Of a DNA stretch of 25,180 nt, positions 1-8,649 are shown piece by piece (position 1 is the first letter of the stretch; each line of letters begins with the position of its first letter). The notes beneath the pieces are model-generated. The model did no database searches and was not told the DNA's origin. It saw only the letters and a program-made list of their open reading frames with translations. Position numbers and translations under genes: made by a program. Origin of the DNA: a virus. Lineage: Duplodnaviria; Caudoviricetes. The DNA is taken from IMG/VR virus record IMGVR_UViG_3300031668_000007, positions 1 through 25,180 of that record; one strand, given 5' to 3'.

Positions 1-676
1 TCTCGCCAGCCGTGCGCGTGATCGCGTTGAAGCCGTACTGTATGGCGAGCATGGCGTCCCATTCTCCCGCGACGATCAGAATCTCATATGGGTTAGCTTC
101 CAGGCTGCTGAGCGGGTACAGGCGTGGCGGCTTGTTGTAGCCGGTCTCGCCCCAGATCTTGCGGCGTCCCTCAGCAGGGTTCGGATTGTAGTAACGGATG
201 TTCGCTAGCTCGCCATCGCTATCGTACACCGGGATCGTGTAGTTACGGCCATCCTGGTAGCCGATCTGGAACTTGTTGATCGTGTCATCAGTCAGGCCAC
301 GGCGTTCGTGTAGCCACTGAAGAGCGCCGCGATTGCTCATCAATGCTGAATGCCACCCGTCCACCATGGCCTGGCTGATGACGCGAATCTTCTTGTCAGT
401 AGGCTGACCGTTGAGGTTCACGTTACCGTTGTTCGCGTGACGTGGGTCGCCCCACTCAGCCCTGCGGCGGATGAGGGCAGTCACCGGCATGCCGCCACAG
501 ATGAAGCAGTAGTAGAGTCCTTTGTCCACGTTGAGGCTTGCCGAGCGCCGCTCGTCGCCGTGGAAAGGACAGTGCATGTTCCATTCGCGTGTACCATCAG
601 CGTTCCGATGAGTCGGGGTCTCTCCCTCCAGGTACGGTTGAAGGTCTCGGATCTGTTTTTGCGTTACCTTAGCCAT
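1..676 (-). CDS. DnaG-like DNA primase (CHC2 zinc finger + Toprim), 3'-truncated by window edge
   Basis: Not in the ORF track; translated by hand from ATG at 676: MAKVTQKQIRDLQPYL...HCPFHGDERRSASLNVDKGLYYCFICGG (CHC2 finger)...WLHERRGLTDDTINKFQIGY...YTIPVYDSDGELANIRYY...ILIVAGEWDAML (Toprim Glu motif). Frame stays open to the window start. Confidence 0.9.
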   Translation of the reverse strand, partial: MAKVTQKQIRDLQPYLEGETPTHRNADGTREWNMHCPFHGDERRSASLNVDKGLYYCFICGGMPVTALIRRRAEWGDPRHANNGNVNLNGQPTDKKIRVISQAMVDGWHSALMSNRGALQWLHERRGLTDDTINKFQIGYQDGRNYTIPVYDSDGELANIRYYNPNPAEGRRKIWGETGYNKPPRLYPLSSLEANPYEILIVAGEWDAMLAIQYGFNAITRTAGE

Positions 677-968
677 CAGGAGCAGAGGCCGCTGCAGGAG
701 AAGCACCGGTCCTGCCCAAGAAAGAGAACAGCTTTGACTTCATGCGACTGAGTTCGATGGTGTATGACCACGGCTCGACCGTGCATGTACGGCTCTCGTA
801 GCGGGTCAACATGTCAAAGAACTCATCCTCCCTACTCGCGGGTGGATCAAACAGCCACATCACCTTGGTGCTGTTCAGCCTCTTGAGCTCGTACTCGAAA
901 CCAGAGCAGACTAGCGTGGTCGCGAGTGCGAGATCGTCAGTACCGAATGCTCCTCCTGCTACGCCCAT
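669..968 (-). CDS. small hypothetical protein, resembles DUF5659-type phage proteins
   Basis: 99 aa ORF packed between the SSB-like gene and the primase; FGTDDLALATTLVCSGF...KVMWLFD pattern recalls DUF5659 (from memory). Confidence 0.65.
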   Translation of the reverse strand: MGVAGGAFGTDDLALATTLVCSGFEYELKRLNSTKVMWLFDPPASREDEFFDMLTRYESRTCTVEPWSYTIELSRMKSKLFSFLGRTGASPAAASAPDG

Positions 969-970
969 GG

Positions 971-1840
971 TCAGTCGAACGGGTTGGCTTCGTCGTCTTC
1001 GCGCAGCGCCTCGATGATCGTGTTCTTGAGACGCTCAGCAGCACCGCTGCCGCGCATGCGGGGCATGTCACCGAGGTTGCGATCCTCCCACTCCTTCTTC
1101 AGAGCGTCGATCTCCCAACTCTCGTAGTCATCGCCCTCACCGTCACCATCGCCGTCGCCCTCTGTCTCTTCCTCGTCGGCGGCATCGGCCACTGCGTTGT
1201 CTTCCTCACGCAGCGCCTTGATGAGCTTGTCGCGCTTGTTGCCACGACCGCCGGGGATGGTGGCACCCCGATCGTTGACCTCTGCTTCCAGATCCTCGTC
1301 GGCCCAGTCGTCGTAGCTGCCGACCTCCGGATCGTCCTCGCGCGAAGGGACAAAGCCGTCGGGGTAGCCGGTGTCCTCGGCTTCCTCGTCGTCTGTCTCG
1401 ATCGCGTTGCTGCTGCCATTGCTGGCAGCCGTCTGTGACAACCCACCGACCTCGTCGCCGTCCTGTGACGGCATCAGCTTGCCGGCATCCGGCGCGTACT
1501 CGCCGTTGTACTCCCCGTGGTTGACCTTCACACGGATGACCTTGCCGACCTGCTTGGTGGGATCGAGCTTGCCCTTCTCCTTCAGCTGGCATGCCCTGAT
1601 GAACTCGGCCAGCTTCCAGTCGGACTCCGGGCCCAGCCCGATGTACGTGAAGAGCCAGTCGTACTCGGCTCCCATGTCCAGCCCGACTCGGATGTCGTTT
1701 GCGGGCTGACCGTTTGCCTTCACCTCGCGCTGTTCGCACAACGCGATGCGGGCGACGCGCAGTCCCGTTGGGACTTTGACGCCGGTACCGCCACCGGATT
1801 CCTCGACGCCGGTGACGTCGTAGTCAATGAGCCTTGCCAC
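971..1840 (-). CDS. putative ssDNA-binding protein (DUF669-like N-domain) with acidic tail and two HeH/SAP-like repeats
   Basis: Follows a Sak4-like ATPase; beta-rich N-domain (WKLAEFIRAC...VGKVIRVKVNHGEYNGE); very acidic C-half ending in NPFD, as in SSB tails. Confidence 0.7.
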   Translation of the reverse strand: MARLIDYDVTGVEESGGGTGVKVPTGLRVARIALCEQREVKANGQPANDIRVGLDMGAEYDWLFTYIGLGPESDWKLAEFIRACQLKEKGKLDPTKQVGKVIRVKVNHGEYNGEYAPDAGKLMPSQDGDEVGGLSQTAASNGSSNAIETDDEEAEDTGYPDGFVPSREDDPEVGSYDDWADEDLEAEVNDRGATIPGGRGNKRDKLIKALREEDNAVADAADEEETEGDGDGDGEGDDYESWEIDALKKEWEDRNLGDMPRMRGSGAAERLKNTIIEALREDDEANPFD

Positions 1841-2763
1841 TACTGCTCCCTTCTACCTCGTCGTGTAGCAGTCGCACCGCCACGCCGATTGCGCATGTCA
1901 GCGCCACCGCGCGCTGCCTCTACAGCCCGCATGATCTGCGGGATCGTCGGATCGTCTACATACCCATCCGGTAGGAACGCATCAAAGTGATCCTTGGCGT
2001 AGTACCGGCTGGACTCGGTGAAGTGGATCCGACGAATCTCTTTCTTGCCTTCATCAACCACTTCAAGGAAGCCGACCATGTTCATGTAGCCGCAGATCTT
2101 CTCGGGCATCTGACGCACCTGGATCCATGGACGCAGGACGTCACCACCCTCATCGTTGGTTGGGTGCGGTCCTTCCATCGGGTGAGCGGTGATCCCAAAA
2201 TGGAACCGCCGGCACCCGATCATGTGCCGCACCCATTGCTGAATACGGTCAGCGTTCGTACCGTACTCAGGCTTGTCCTTGCCGCCTGTGGGTGAGATGT
2301 TCGGCTTGCTCGTTGGCCTACCGCTCTGATCAAGCACCCAGTTACGGCCAGGCTTGTTCCGCCACGCTGCTTCCCACACGTCGTCCAGCAGTACGTCCTG
2401 CGCGATGCTGATGCAGTCCCACCAGATCCACGTGTAGGGCATTGGATCGATATGCTGACACCACTCGAGAATCTGCAACATCTTCTCGTGCGTGTCGGCT
2501 ACGATCTCGTGCGCACCGCTTGCTAGCGCGCGTGCCGGTATCAGGTCCATGCTGCTGCGAACTATCAGCGTGGGGTACTCGGCAGCGCCGGTCGCGATGA
2601 AGCTGGTCTTGCCGTTGCCTGGGCTCGCGTAGACCAGCATCCTGATCCACTCGGACTCGCCCAGCTGCGTGAAGTTCAGGTTTGGCGATGACGGTGCCTG
2701 TACCACCGACAGGTTCGCCTGCTGCCCCGAGGCTCGGACGAGATTTTGACCCCTACGTGGCAT
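1840..2763 (-). CDS. AAA_24 / Sak4-like P-loop ATPase (recombinase)
   Basis: Walker A MLVYASPGNGKTS, Walker B WIWWDCIS, ITAH, GYMNMVGFL and YYAKD motifs; exonuclease-ATPase-SSB gene order. Confidence 0.85.
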   Translation of the reverse strand: MPRRGQNLVRASGQQANLSVVQAPSSPNLNFTQLGESEWIRMLVYASPGNGKTSFIATGAAEYPTLIVRSSMDLIPARALASGAHEIVADTHEKMLQILEWCQHIDPMPYTWIWWDCISIAQDVLLDDVWEAAWRNKPGRNWVLDQSGRPTSKPNISPTGGKDKPEYGTNADRIQQWVRHMIGCRRFHFGITAHPMEGPHPTNDEGGDVLRPWIQVRQMPEKICGYMNMVGFLEVVDEGKKEIRRIHFTESSRYYAKDHFDAFLPDGYVDDPTIPQIMRAVEAARGGADMRNRRGGATATRRGRREQ

Positions 2764-2826
2764 TAGGAGTCCCGTAGTCCGATTCGCTGCAGATAGAAAT
2801 GCTGATCCAAGAGCCCATACGTCAAA

Positions 2827-3111
2827 TCACCTATCTCCTCGCACGTTGTCGAGTGCGCCCTTGATCATCGCGGCACACCGCTGCGCGAGAACTGCGTTAG
2901 TTGTCCCTCCGTTGATGTATGGAGGCGGAGGGCTGAATGACCTACGCAGCGTCGCGACGCGGATATCGCGTGCCTCGTACTTGTCCATCAGTTCGGCGGG
3001 TGTTAGCTCGTTGATGTCCACGGCCAGGTCCATACAGACCTTGAACGCAACCGTCTGCCAAACATCGGACGTCTGCTCTTCGGGCTTGATGATACGGTAA
3101 TGTTCTTCCAT
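2827..3111 (-). CDS. hypothetical protein
   Basis: 94 aa ORF starting 2 nt after the upstream stop, with GAAGGAAGGT RBS. Confidence 0.7.
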   Translation of the reverse strand: MEEHYRIIKPEEQTSDVWQTVAFKVCMDLAVDINELTPAELMDKYEARDIRVATLRRSFSPPPPYINGGTTNAVLAQRCAAMIKGALDNVRGDR

Positions 3112-3112
3112 G

Positions 3113-4189
3113 TCACCTTCCTTCGTACACTTCGTGCTCGCTGTAGGGATCCCAGGCTTGCGTCGTCTGGCTCAGGAACGCGAGCCAGTCGTTGCCTGTC
3201 TCGTGTAGCTCGCAGGCATCGCGCATAGCGCACATCGGACAGGTGAACATACCTGGGTTCTTCGTCAGGGGCAGTTCGCCCGATCGGAATAGCTCAATGC
3301 GGCGGTAGTCGATCTCCGCGCGACGCATGACCTCGTTACGGTCGAACTCATCCCTGAAGATGGGCTTCCGCGCGAAGTAGGGTGACGGCTGCTTCTGGCT
3401 GACGCTGCCGTCCTTGTTCAGATACATCCGCTTGCCCTTGACGAACTGGCTAGGCCGCTCGTCAGGCATGGCCTTACGCATGATGTTGTACAACATTCCC
3501 GCGAGACGCTGTCGCGGCCCCAGTCGCGCCGCGTCCCGCAGGAACTGTACGCCGTATGACCAGTATGCGCCTGCTTGGTCATCCAGCACGAGGTGCGACC
3601 AGTTCTTGTCGCCGATACCGCTGGTCGTCTTGTGATCCGGGATCCAGATCTTCTTGTCGCGTCTGTCGCGCCAGAGACCGTCGATCACACCGGTGTAGTA
3701 GAACCATGGCACAACCCGGCTACCACCTACCGCGTCGGGATCGCGTACCTCGTGGGTGACAAGCACCTTGAATGGCATCTCGGTGGCGAGGACTTCGTAG
3801 CGGTCGTCGGCACCGTACTCGTCCACGTAGTTGTTCATCATGGCGATGCCTAGCTCACGGGCATTCTCCCACTTCTCCTCGACATCGCCATTGCCGACGC
3901 GCATACCGAAGATCTCTTCGTTCGCAGCCATGTCGGCTTCGTAGGCTGCCTCAAATGCGGTGGCCGGATGCTCGCCACGCTTCACGCCGGGAACGTACCA
4001 GGCAGCTAGCGCGCGGTGTACGAGGCTGCCGAAGCGCAGGGCTGGCGCGTCGGTGAAAGGCTTGAGCTTGTCATTGTAGGTGCGGTCCCACAGCCACTCG
4101 CACTTCTTGAGCGTAGTCCGCTCGCTTGTGCGGAGCATCGGCAACGAGTTTTGTTGTCGCGCACTTCTGCTGCTGCGTCCTCTTGGCAT
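3113..4189 (-). CDS. PD-(D/E)XK (RecB/Cas4-like) exonuclease
   Basis: RTSERTTLKKC, FGSLVHRALA, LATE, GVIDGLW...IPDHKT, QAGAY and C-terminal CPMCAMRDAC Cys cluster. Confidence 0.9.
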   Translation of the reverse strand: MPRGRSSRSARQQNSLPMLRTSERTTLKKCEWLWDRTYNDKLKPFTDAPALRFGSLVHRALAAWYVPGVKRGEHPATAFEAAYEADMAANEEIFGMRVGNGDVEEKWENARELGIAMMNNYVDEYGADDRYEVLATEMPFKVLVTHEVRDPDAVGGSRVVPWFYYTGVIDGLWRDRRDKKIWIPDHKTTSGIGDKNWSHLVLDDQAGAYWSYGVQFLRDAARLGPRQRLAGMLYNIMRKAMPDERPSQFVKGKRMYLNKDGSVSQKQPSPYFARKPIFRDEFDRNEVMRRAEIDYRRIELFRSGELPLTKNPGMFTCPMCAMRDACELHETGNDWLAFLSQTTQAWDPYSEHEVYEGR

Positions 4190-4252
4190 ACCCGGTAGTG
4201 TCCTCCCTGATTTGTAGCGTTCTAGGCCGACCCGCCGACCTCGGAACTAGGA

Positions 4253-4282
4253 AGCCTACCGTAACCGGGACCGGCGCGCTAG
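4253..4282 (-). promoter_or_regulatory. candidate phage promoter CTAGC-N17-GG-TAGGCT
   Basis: Same consensus and 19-nt spacing as 7697-7726, 9230-9259 and 18489-18518; lies upstream of the exonuclease operon and downstream of a terminator. Confidence 0.6.
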
Positions 4283-4330
4283 TCCGATAAAGTCCGCTAT
4301 TTACGGCCTTTTTCTGAGGAATAACGGATT

Positions 4331-4354
4331 CGCGCAAAGAAGAGATAACCTCCC
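4331..4354 (+). repeat. 23-24 bp dispersed repeat, copy 1 (CGCGCAAAGAAGAGATAACCTCCC)
   Basis: Reverse complement of 17476-17498 except for one extra A. Confidence 0.85.
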
Positions 4355-4396
4355 ACCAAAGACGTGGCAAATAGGACTAGTCGTGTGTCAGGACTT

Positions 4397-4580
4397 GACT
4401 CGCGCGTATAGCGCGAGGCCAGGTGCTAGGGTGAAAATCCTCTCGATCGCGCGTGCACGCTCGCGACCCATTTTCACTCCAGAGAAATCTTTGAAAGTTC
4501 CTCGCTCGCGCGTGCATGCGCGATCGAGAGGATGCACCGCAGTTAGTAGATAGGCCTCGCGTAGCGCGCTCGCGCGAGTC
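4397..4580. repeat. nested inverted repeats (24-bp inner arms 4437-4460/4510-4533; outer arms 4397-4420/4553-4580)
   Basis: ATCCTCTCGATCGCGCGTGCACGC pairs with 4510-4533 at 23/24; GACTCGCGCG (4397) pairs with CGCGCGAGTC (4571); CGCGAGGCC (4412) pairs with GGCCTCGCG (4553). Confidence 0.85.
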
Positions 4581-4695
4581 GACGGGATTCCTTATTTTTG
4601 GAGTCGGATAGTTTCAGCTGGATTTCCGACTTTTCTGAGATCTCTTTGACCTCGTAGTGACAGCGATTTTTGTGGGATGTCATGGTTTTAGCCAC

Positions 4696-4735
4696 AAAAA
4701 AAAGACCCCCGCGACGATCACTCGTCACGGGGGTC
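4696..4735 (-). terminator. intrinsic terminator
   Basis: Minus strand GACCCCCGUGACGA-GUGA-UCGUCGCGGGGGUC-U8: 14-bp stem with one G-U pair, GNRA loop and U tract. Confidence 0.9.
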
Positions 4736-4927
4736 GTAGGCTTCTAACAACCGTTCATCGAAGCTGAACCAGTCGTCTTCAGCTGGTTTTATCGGTTGCG
4801 ACGGCGTTTCTTCAGCTGCCTCTACGTCTTCCGGCAGCCCTACAAACAGCACTTTCAGCACTTTCAGGACGAATGGTAGAAAGAACAACACTAGCGGAAG
4901 CTCTACCAACGTCTGAAGAGCACTCAT
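4718..4927 (-). CDS. small membrane protein (69 aa)
   Basis: Start moved to ATG 4927 (ATGA overlap with the KTSC stop): MSALQTLVELPLVLFFLPFVLKVLKVLFVG hydrophobic segment, then an acidic tail. Confidence 0.65.
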   Translation of the reverse strand: MSALQTLVELPLVLFFLPFVLKVLKVLFVGLPEDVEAAEETPSQPIKPAEDDWFSFDERLLEAYDPRDE

Positions 4928-5157
4928 GTGACCTTGGTGGCCACGTAGTTCGGGATGATGCTCCGATTGATGTAGCCACCAACGCTCTTCGCCCTTCGCA
5001 GGGCAGTCCATCGCTGGTATGACACGTTCTCGTACATGTAGATGTCACCGGACCGGAACTCGACGAAGACATGCTTCTTCGAGTCCCGGCCGATGGCGGC
5101 TACATTGGACGAATCCGGCGTCTGGTGCCAGCGAACCTTCAGGGCCGCAATAGCCAT
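4924..5157 (-). CDS. KTSC domain protein
   Basis: DSSNVAAIG...VFVEFRSGDIYMYENVS...LRRAKSVGGYINRSI matches the KTSC signature; AAGGAGG RBS. Confidence 0.9.
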   Translation of the reverse strand: MAIAALKVRWHQTPDSSNVAAIGRDSKKHVFVEFRSGDIYMYENVSYQRWTALRRAKSVGGYINRSIIPNYVATKVT

Positions 5158-5184
5158 GGTTCCTCCTTGTACTACGGTACGGTT

Positions 5185-5697
5185 CTACTTCTCGTGTTGC
5201 TCTGCGTAGATGCTTCTGAAGCCATCTACGGCAGCCCATGCCTGCTCGTCCTCATAGTTCTCGGCGAGCGTATCGATCGCGGTCAGGAATGCCTCAAACG
5301 CCTCGTTCCGACGGCCATCATAACCGTACCGGCGGAACTCCTTGTTGAGCATGCTCTCCTCGGCTGAGGAGTGATTCATCGCATCCCTGTCCGCTGTCTT
5401 GACCTCAGCGATGTGGGTCCAAACCGCCACACCTGGAACCTGACTGGCTCGACGCCACGACTGTGAAGCGTTCTCAGACGTTGCCAGTTCCCAGCTGCTG
5501 TATGACTTCTCGATGTACAGGTGCTCGCCCATCTTCTCTGGCTCGTAGACCAGCATGTAGCGATCAACTGACGTGGCGAGATCGCTGCGGTCACCGAGCC
5601 AAAGCTCGATGACCACAGCCTCATACGCGGTGTTAGGCATCAGCACCCTGGAGACCTCCAGGACGTTGATGTTGTCCTTCTTCCCGAGAATGGTCAT
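5185..5697 (-). CDS. hypothetical protein
   Basis: 170 aa ORF with ATGA overlap to the helicase stop. Confidence 0.75.
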   Translation of the reverse strand: MTILGKKDNINVLEVSRVLMPNTAYEAVVIELWLGDRSDLATSVDRYMLVYEPEKMGEHLYIEKSYSSWELATSENASQSWRRASQVPGVAVWTHIAEVKTADRDAMNHSSAEESMLNKEFRRYGYDGRRNEAFEAFLTAIDTLAENYEDEQAWAAVDGFRSIYAEQHEK

Positions 5698-7661
5698 GAC
5701 TTACCGTTCTTCTGGCTCTCGACGATGTTGGCCCTAAAGCCACGCCGACGATGGTCCAGGATGTCCCGGTTGATCTTGCCCTTCTCGATGTTGAGCTCTG
5801 CGATCTGTTGCTCGATCGTGTTCTTGGAGCGGTACACGTACACGCCGATCTGGTGCATGCGGCTGGTGTTGACTGCCCGGTCGGCCAACTGTTCCTGGTC
5901 GTCCGGTACCCACGTTTCGTCGAGGATGTGAACGTTCTCAACGAGGTCGAGGGTGATAGCAACACCACCAGCAGTCGTGGTCATCACGATGACGCGGGGA
6001 TCATCCGCCATCCGCTTGCCGTCCTGACGGAACAGCATCTGGTTGACGGTACGATCCTCGTCCTTGGTGTCACCGGTGATCTTGACTGCCTTGATCCCCA
6101 TGTGATTCAGATAGGCGTGAACCATGTCCGCGACTTCCTTGAACTGCGACGCGACGATCGCTAGAGACTCGCCCTCAGCATCGTCATCCTTGTCGTTACC
6201 AACGATACCCTGCTCTGCTAGACGCTCGATCAGCGCCGGCAGCTTGCCGGACTCGTTGGACGGGATGAGATGCTGGATGGTGCGTGTCCCGGTACCGAGA
6301 CACCGAGGACAGGTCGTGCTGACTGTAACGTCATCACGCTCGTCCGCGATCTTCCCGGCACCCTTGCACGTTCCACACGTGACTGTCCGTTCCTCCATCT
6401 CTTCGACGTATGCGTCGGCGAAGACCTTCAACCGGGCATACTCAGCCAAGATGCCGATGGCGTTCAGCTGGAGCTCTTCGATGGTTGTCTCTGCTCTCGC
6501 AGCGAACTCCCGGTACTGCTTCTCTTGCTTGGGAGTCATGTCACACCACACGTCGATCCACTGTGCTGCCGGCAGCTGAGGCAGTACCTCAGACCGGAGA
6601 CGGCGAACCACATATGGCGCCATGGCCCGGTAGAACTCATCCTCACGACCACGCTGGATCGTTCCGATGTCGCTACCATAGCCATTGTTGTTGACATCCA
6701 ACCACGTCTTAGCCCATTGCCACTTCGACGTGTACTGCCTGGGGTAGATGAAGTTGAGGGCACCCCAGAGCTTGATGGGCTTGCCGCCCATCGGTGTACC
6801 TGACAGCGCGTAGCGTCGCTGTGCGTTGACTTCCTTCACAGCGAGCGCGAACTTGCTGTTGCTCTTGGGGTCCTTCTTGCCCGACGCACGCGGCAGACCG
6901 CTCTTGTGGAACTCATCGATGGTGAAGGACGCCCATCCATCCGGAAACTCAGCCGGATCCATGAACGGCTCTGCACCGTCGCGAACGGTCTGATACGTGC
7001 ACACGAACCACACCGGCCACTCCTCATCGACGCACTTCCAGAACTCTTCGATGGCAGCAGCCCGAGTGGATTGTGACATCTCGCCGGAGTACGTGATGAC
7101 CTCGTGCGGCTTCTCCAGCTTCGCCGTCCAGCGTTCAATCTCGAATCGCCAAACGGTGTTCAGGCTGGTCTTCGGCGCGCACACGAGGTGCGGGCCATCG
7201 CCCAGTCCTGCCTCGAAGACGGCTGCGATCGTCTCTGGTGTCTTCCCCAGCCTCTGCTGGTTCAGATTCAGAGCCGACGTAGCCGCGAGGAACTGTGTAT
7301 CCGCACGCTGGTAGCCACGCAGCCACTCAGCGAGATCGGGCAATGTCTCGGAGATCTTCAGCTTCTCCACCGGCAGATCATCGATGGTGGATAGGTCGTG
7401 GAGCATGCGCTCCCGATCAACCGCTTCCTTGCCCCACTGCTTGAATGCCTTACCGAGAACGAGACTAGGTCCCATCCATTTGTTCAGCATCCTCGCAGAG
7501 TCGAGTGTGAGGGGAACGGTCCACATGGGACCACCCTCATTCGGAGGAACGTATCGAGCTCCAGGCACTTCCCTAATGCATGACACGAGGTCAGGGTCGT
7601 ATCTGAAGTAGATCTCGATTTTGTCACCTGCGGCACTCATTTCCGCAAATGCCTTGTTCAT
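5694..7661 (-). CDS. SNF2-family helicase/ATPase with N-terminal HARP-like domain and a zinc-finger insert
   Basis: LRGYQ, QRLGKT, LVCAPKT, TIDEFH, ALSGTP, VVRRLRSEVLPQLP, TTTAGGVAITL; GAGGAG RBS. Confidence 0.9.
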   Translation of the reverse strand: MNKAFAEMSAAGDKIEIYFRYDPDLVSCIREVPGARYVPPNEGGPMWTVPLTLDSARMLNKWMGPSLVLGKAFKQWGKEAVDRERMLHDLSTIDDLPVEKLKISETLPDLAEWLRGYQRADTQFLAATSALNLNQQRLGKTPETIAAVFEAGLGDGPHLVCAPKTSLNTVWRFEIERWTAKLEKPHEVITYSGEMSQSTRAAAIEEFWKCVDEEWPVWFVCTYQTVRDGAEPFMDPAEFPDGWASFTIDEFHKSGLPRASGKKDPKSNSKFALAVKEVNAQRRYALSGTPMGGKPIKLWGALNFIYPRQYTSKWQWAKTWLDVNNNGYGSDIGTIQRGREDEFYRAMAPYVVRRLRSEVLPQLPAAQWIDVWCDMTPKQEKQYREFAARAETTIEELQLNAIGILAEYARLKVFADAYVEEMEERTVTCGTCKGAGKIADERDDVTVSTTCPRCLGTGTRTIQHLIPSNESGKLPALIERLAEQGIVGNDKDDDAEGESLAIVASQFKEVADMVHAYLNHMGIKAVKITGDTKDEDRTVNQMLFRQDGKRMADDPRVIVMTTTAGGVAITLDLVENVHILDETWVPDDQEQLADRAVNTSRMHQIGVYVYRSKNTIEQQIAELNIEKGKINRDILDHRRRGFRANIVESQKNGKS

Positions 7662-7696
7662 GGTACTCCTCGTGTGGTAGTGTCTAGCACCGATCT

Positions 7697-7726
7697 ATTC
7701 TACCCTAAGTCGCGGACTTCCGCTTG
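7697..7726 (-). promoter_or_regulatory. candidate phage promoter CAAGC-N17-GG-TAGAAT
   Basis: Matches the four-copy consensus with identical spacing; directly upstream of the helicase. Confidence 0.55.
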
Positions 7727-7956
7727 CGGAAAGGCAGGCGTCCGACCCGAAAACAGTAGGGACAGCTTCGACCGGTGATCGTCGTACCGTTGCGTACGAG
7801 CGTACGAGTCCAGTGGCTCTTGCGGACAAGAAAGACGCCGGAGCAGTCTTCTCGTCCACACTCCACGATGAGCCAGCCCGGATAGTCCGTGCTGGGTTTT
7901 GTCTTGAAGGGTGGCAACTTGGAGACAAACTCCGCGTCCTCCCTGGTTCTTGCCAT
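7705..7956 (-). CDS. small zinc-ribbon protein
   Basis: CGREDC and CPYC pairs; AAGGGAGGT RBS. Confidence 0.75.
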   Translation of the reverse strand: MARTREDAEFVSKLPPFKTKPSTDYPGWLIVECGREDCSGVFLVRKSHWTRTLVRNGTTITGRSCPYCFRVGRLPFRKRKSAT

Positions 7957-7972
7957 GTAACCTCCCTTCCTA

Positions 7973-8029
7973 AGTGCCAGATGGCACCGGCCCGCCTCAC
8001 ACCGCAGTATGAGGCAGCCGCTACTATCT
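7973..8029 (-). repeat. G.G-mismatch hairpin element, copy 15
   Basis: AGAUAG-UAG.CGGCU-GCCUCAUAC-UGCG-GUGUGAGGC-(G)-GGCCG.GUG-CCAUCU; alternative hairpin GGUGCC-AUCU-GGCACU. Confidence 0.8.
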
Positions 8030-8227
8030 TGCTTGCAGCATTGTCTCGCGATGGATCTCGATCGCGTACTTCAGAGCCCAGGACCAGTCCTGGTCGCCAT
8101 CCTCGCTCGCGGAGATGATCGTCTTGTTCATCTCGTCGCGTGCGGCCTGTACTTCTGCCCAGGTTGATTTGGGCCGACGTCTCGGCTGTGGCCGGAAGAT
8201 CCAGCCCGTAAGCACTGCGGCTATCAA
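8024..8227 (-). CDS. hypothetical protein (67 aa)
   Basis: Start moved to TTG 8227, just after CCAGGGAGG (8232-8240): MIAAVLTGWIFRPQ... Confidence 0.65.
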   Translation of the reverse strand: MIAAVLTGWIFRPQPRRRPKSTWAEVQAARDEMNKTIISASEDGDQDWSWALKYAIEIHRETMLQAR

Positions 8228-8284
8228 CTTTCCTCCCTGGATTAGTAGTGTCCGACGATGGGTAATGGTCCGTCCATCGTCGCT

Positions 8285-8337
8285 AGAGTGCGAGAGCACT
8301 CTGGCCGTGTCCCGTGAGGGACACAGCCACAGCGCTC
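8285..8337 (-). repeat. G.G-mismatch hairpin element, copy 14
   Basis: GAGCG-CUG.UGGCU-GUGUCCC-UCAC-GGGACAC-GGCCA.GAG-UGCUC; alternative hairpin AGAGUGC-UCUC-GCACUCU. Confidence 0.8.
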
Positions 8338-8649
8338 ATACCTGCTTCCGGCGACGTGGGTCGCGTAGCCGGAGGGAACCGACAGACAGCGTCCTCATTC
8401 CGCCTGGGTCCGTGTAGAGTTGCACCAAGTGCTTCTCTCTACCCTTCTGCTTCATCGCAGGCAGGAACTGTTTGAAGCCCATGACACGACAGTCGTAGAT
8501 GTGTGCTGGCAACGTGTATGTCATGCCGTCACTTGTCGTACGTGTCGTCTCGGTGACTTCGACCCAGATCCGGCTCCCCACCAGAAGCCGCTCCAATGGA
8601 GTGACGTCTGGCGGGTCGCCGGATTCGAGGACTTCCTCAACCGCCTGTC
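8336..8649 (-). CDS. hypothetical protein, start unresolved
   Basis: 3' part of ORF 8336..9040 fills the gap and reads protein-like (LERLLVGSRIWVEV...HLVQLYTDPGGMRTLSVGSLRL); its stop sits at the base of a hairpin element, as for its neighbours. No clear RBS or start. Confidence 0.55.

Noticed and set aside
3113-4189. Cas4-like nuclease as evidence of a CRISPR system
   Set aside because: No other cas genes or array; the exonuclease-Sak4-SSB context is a standard phage recombination module.
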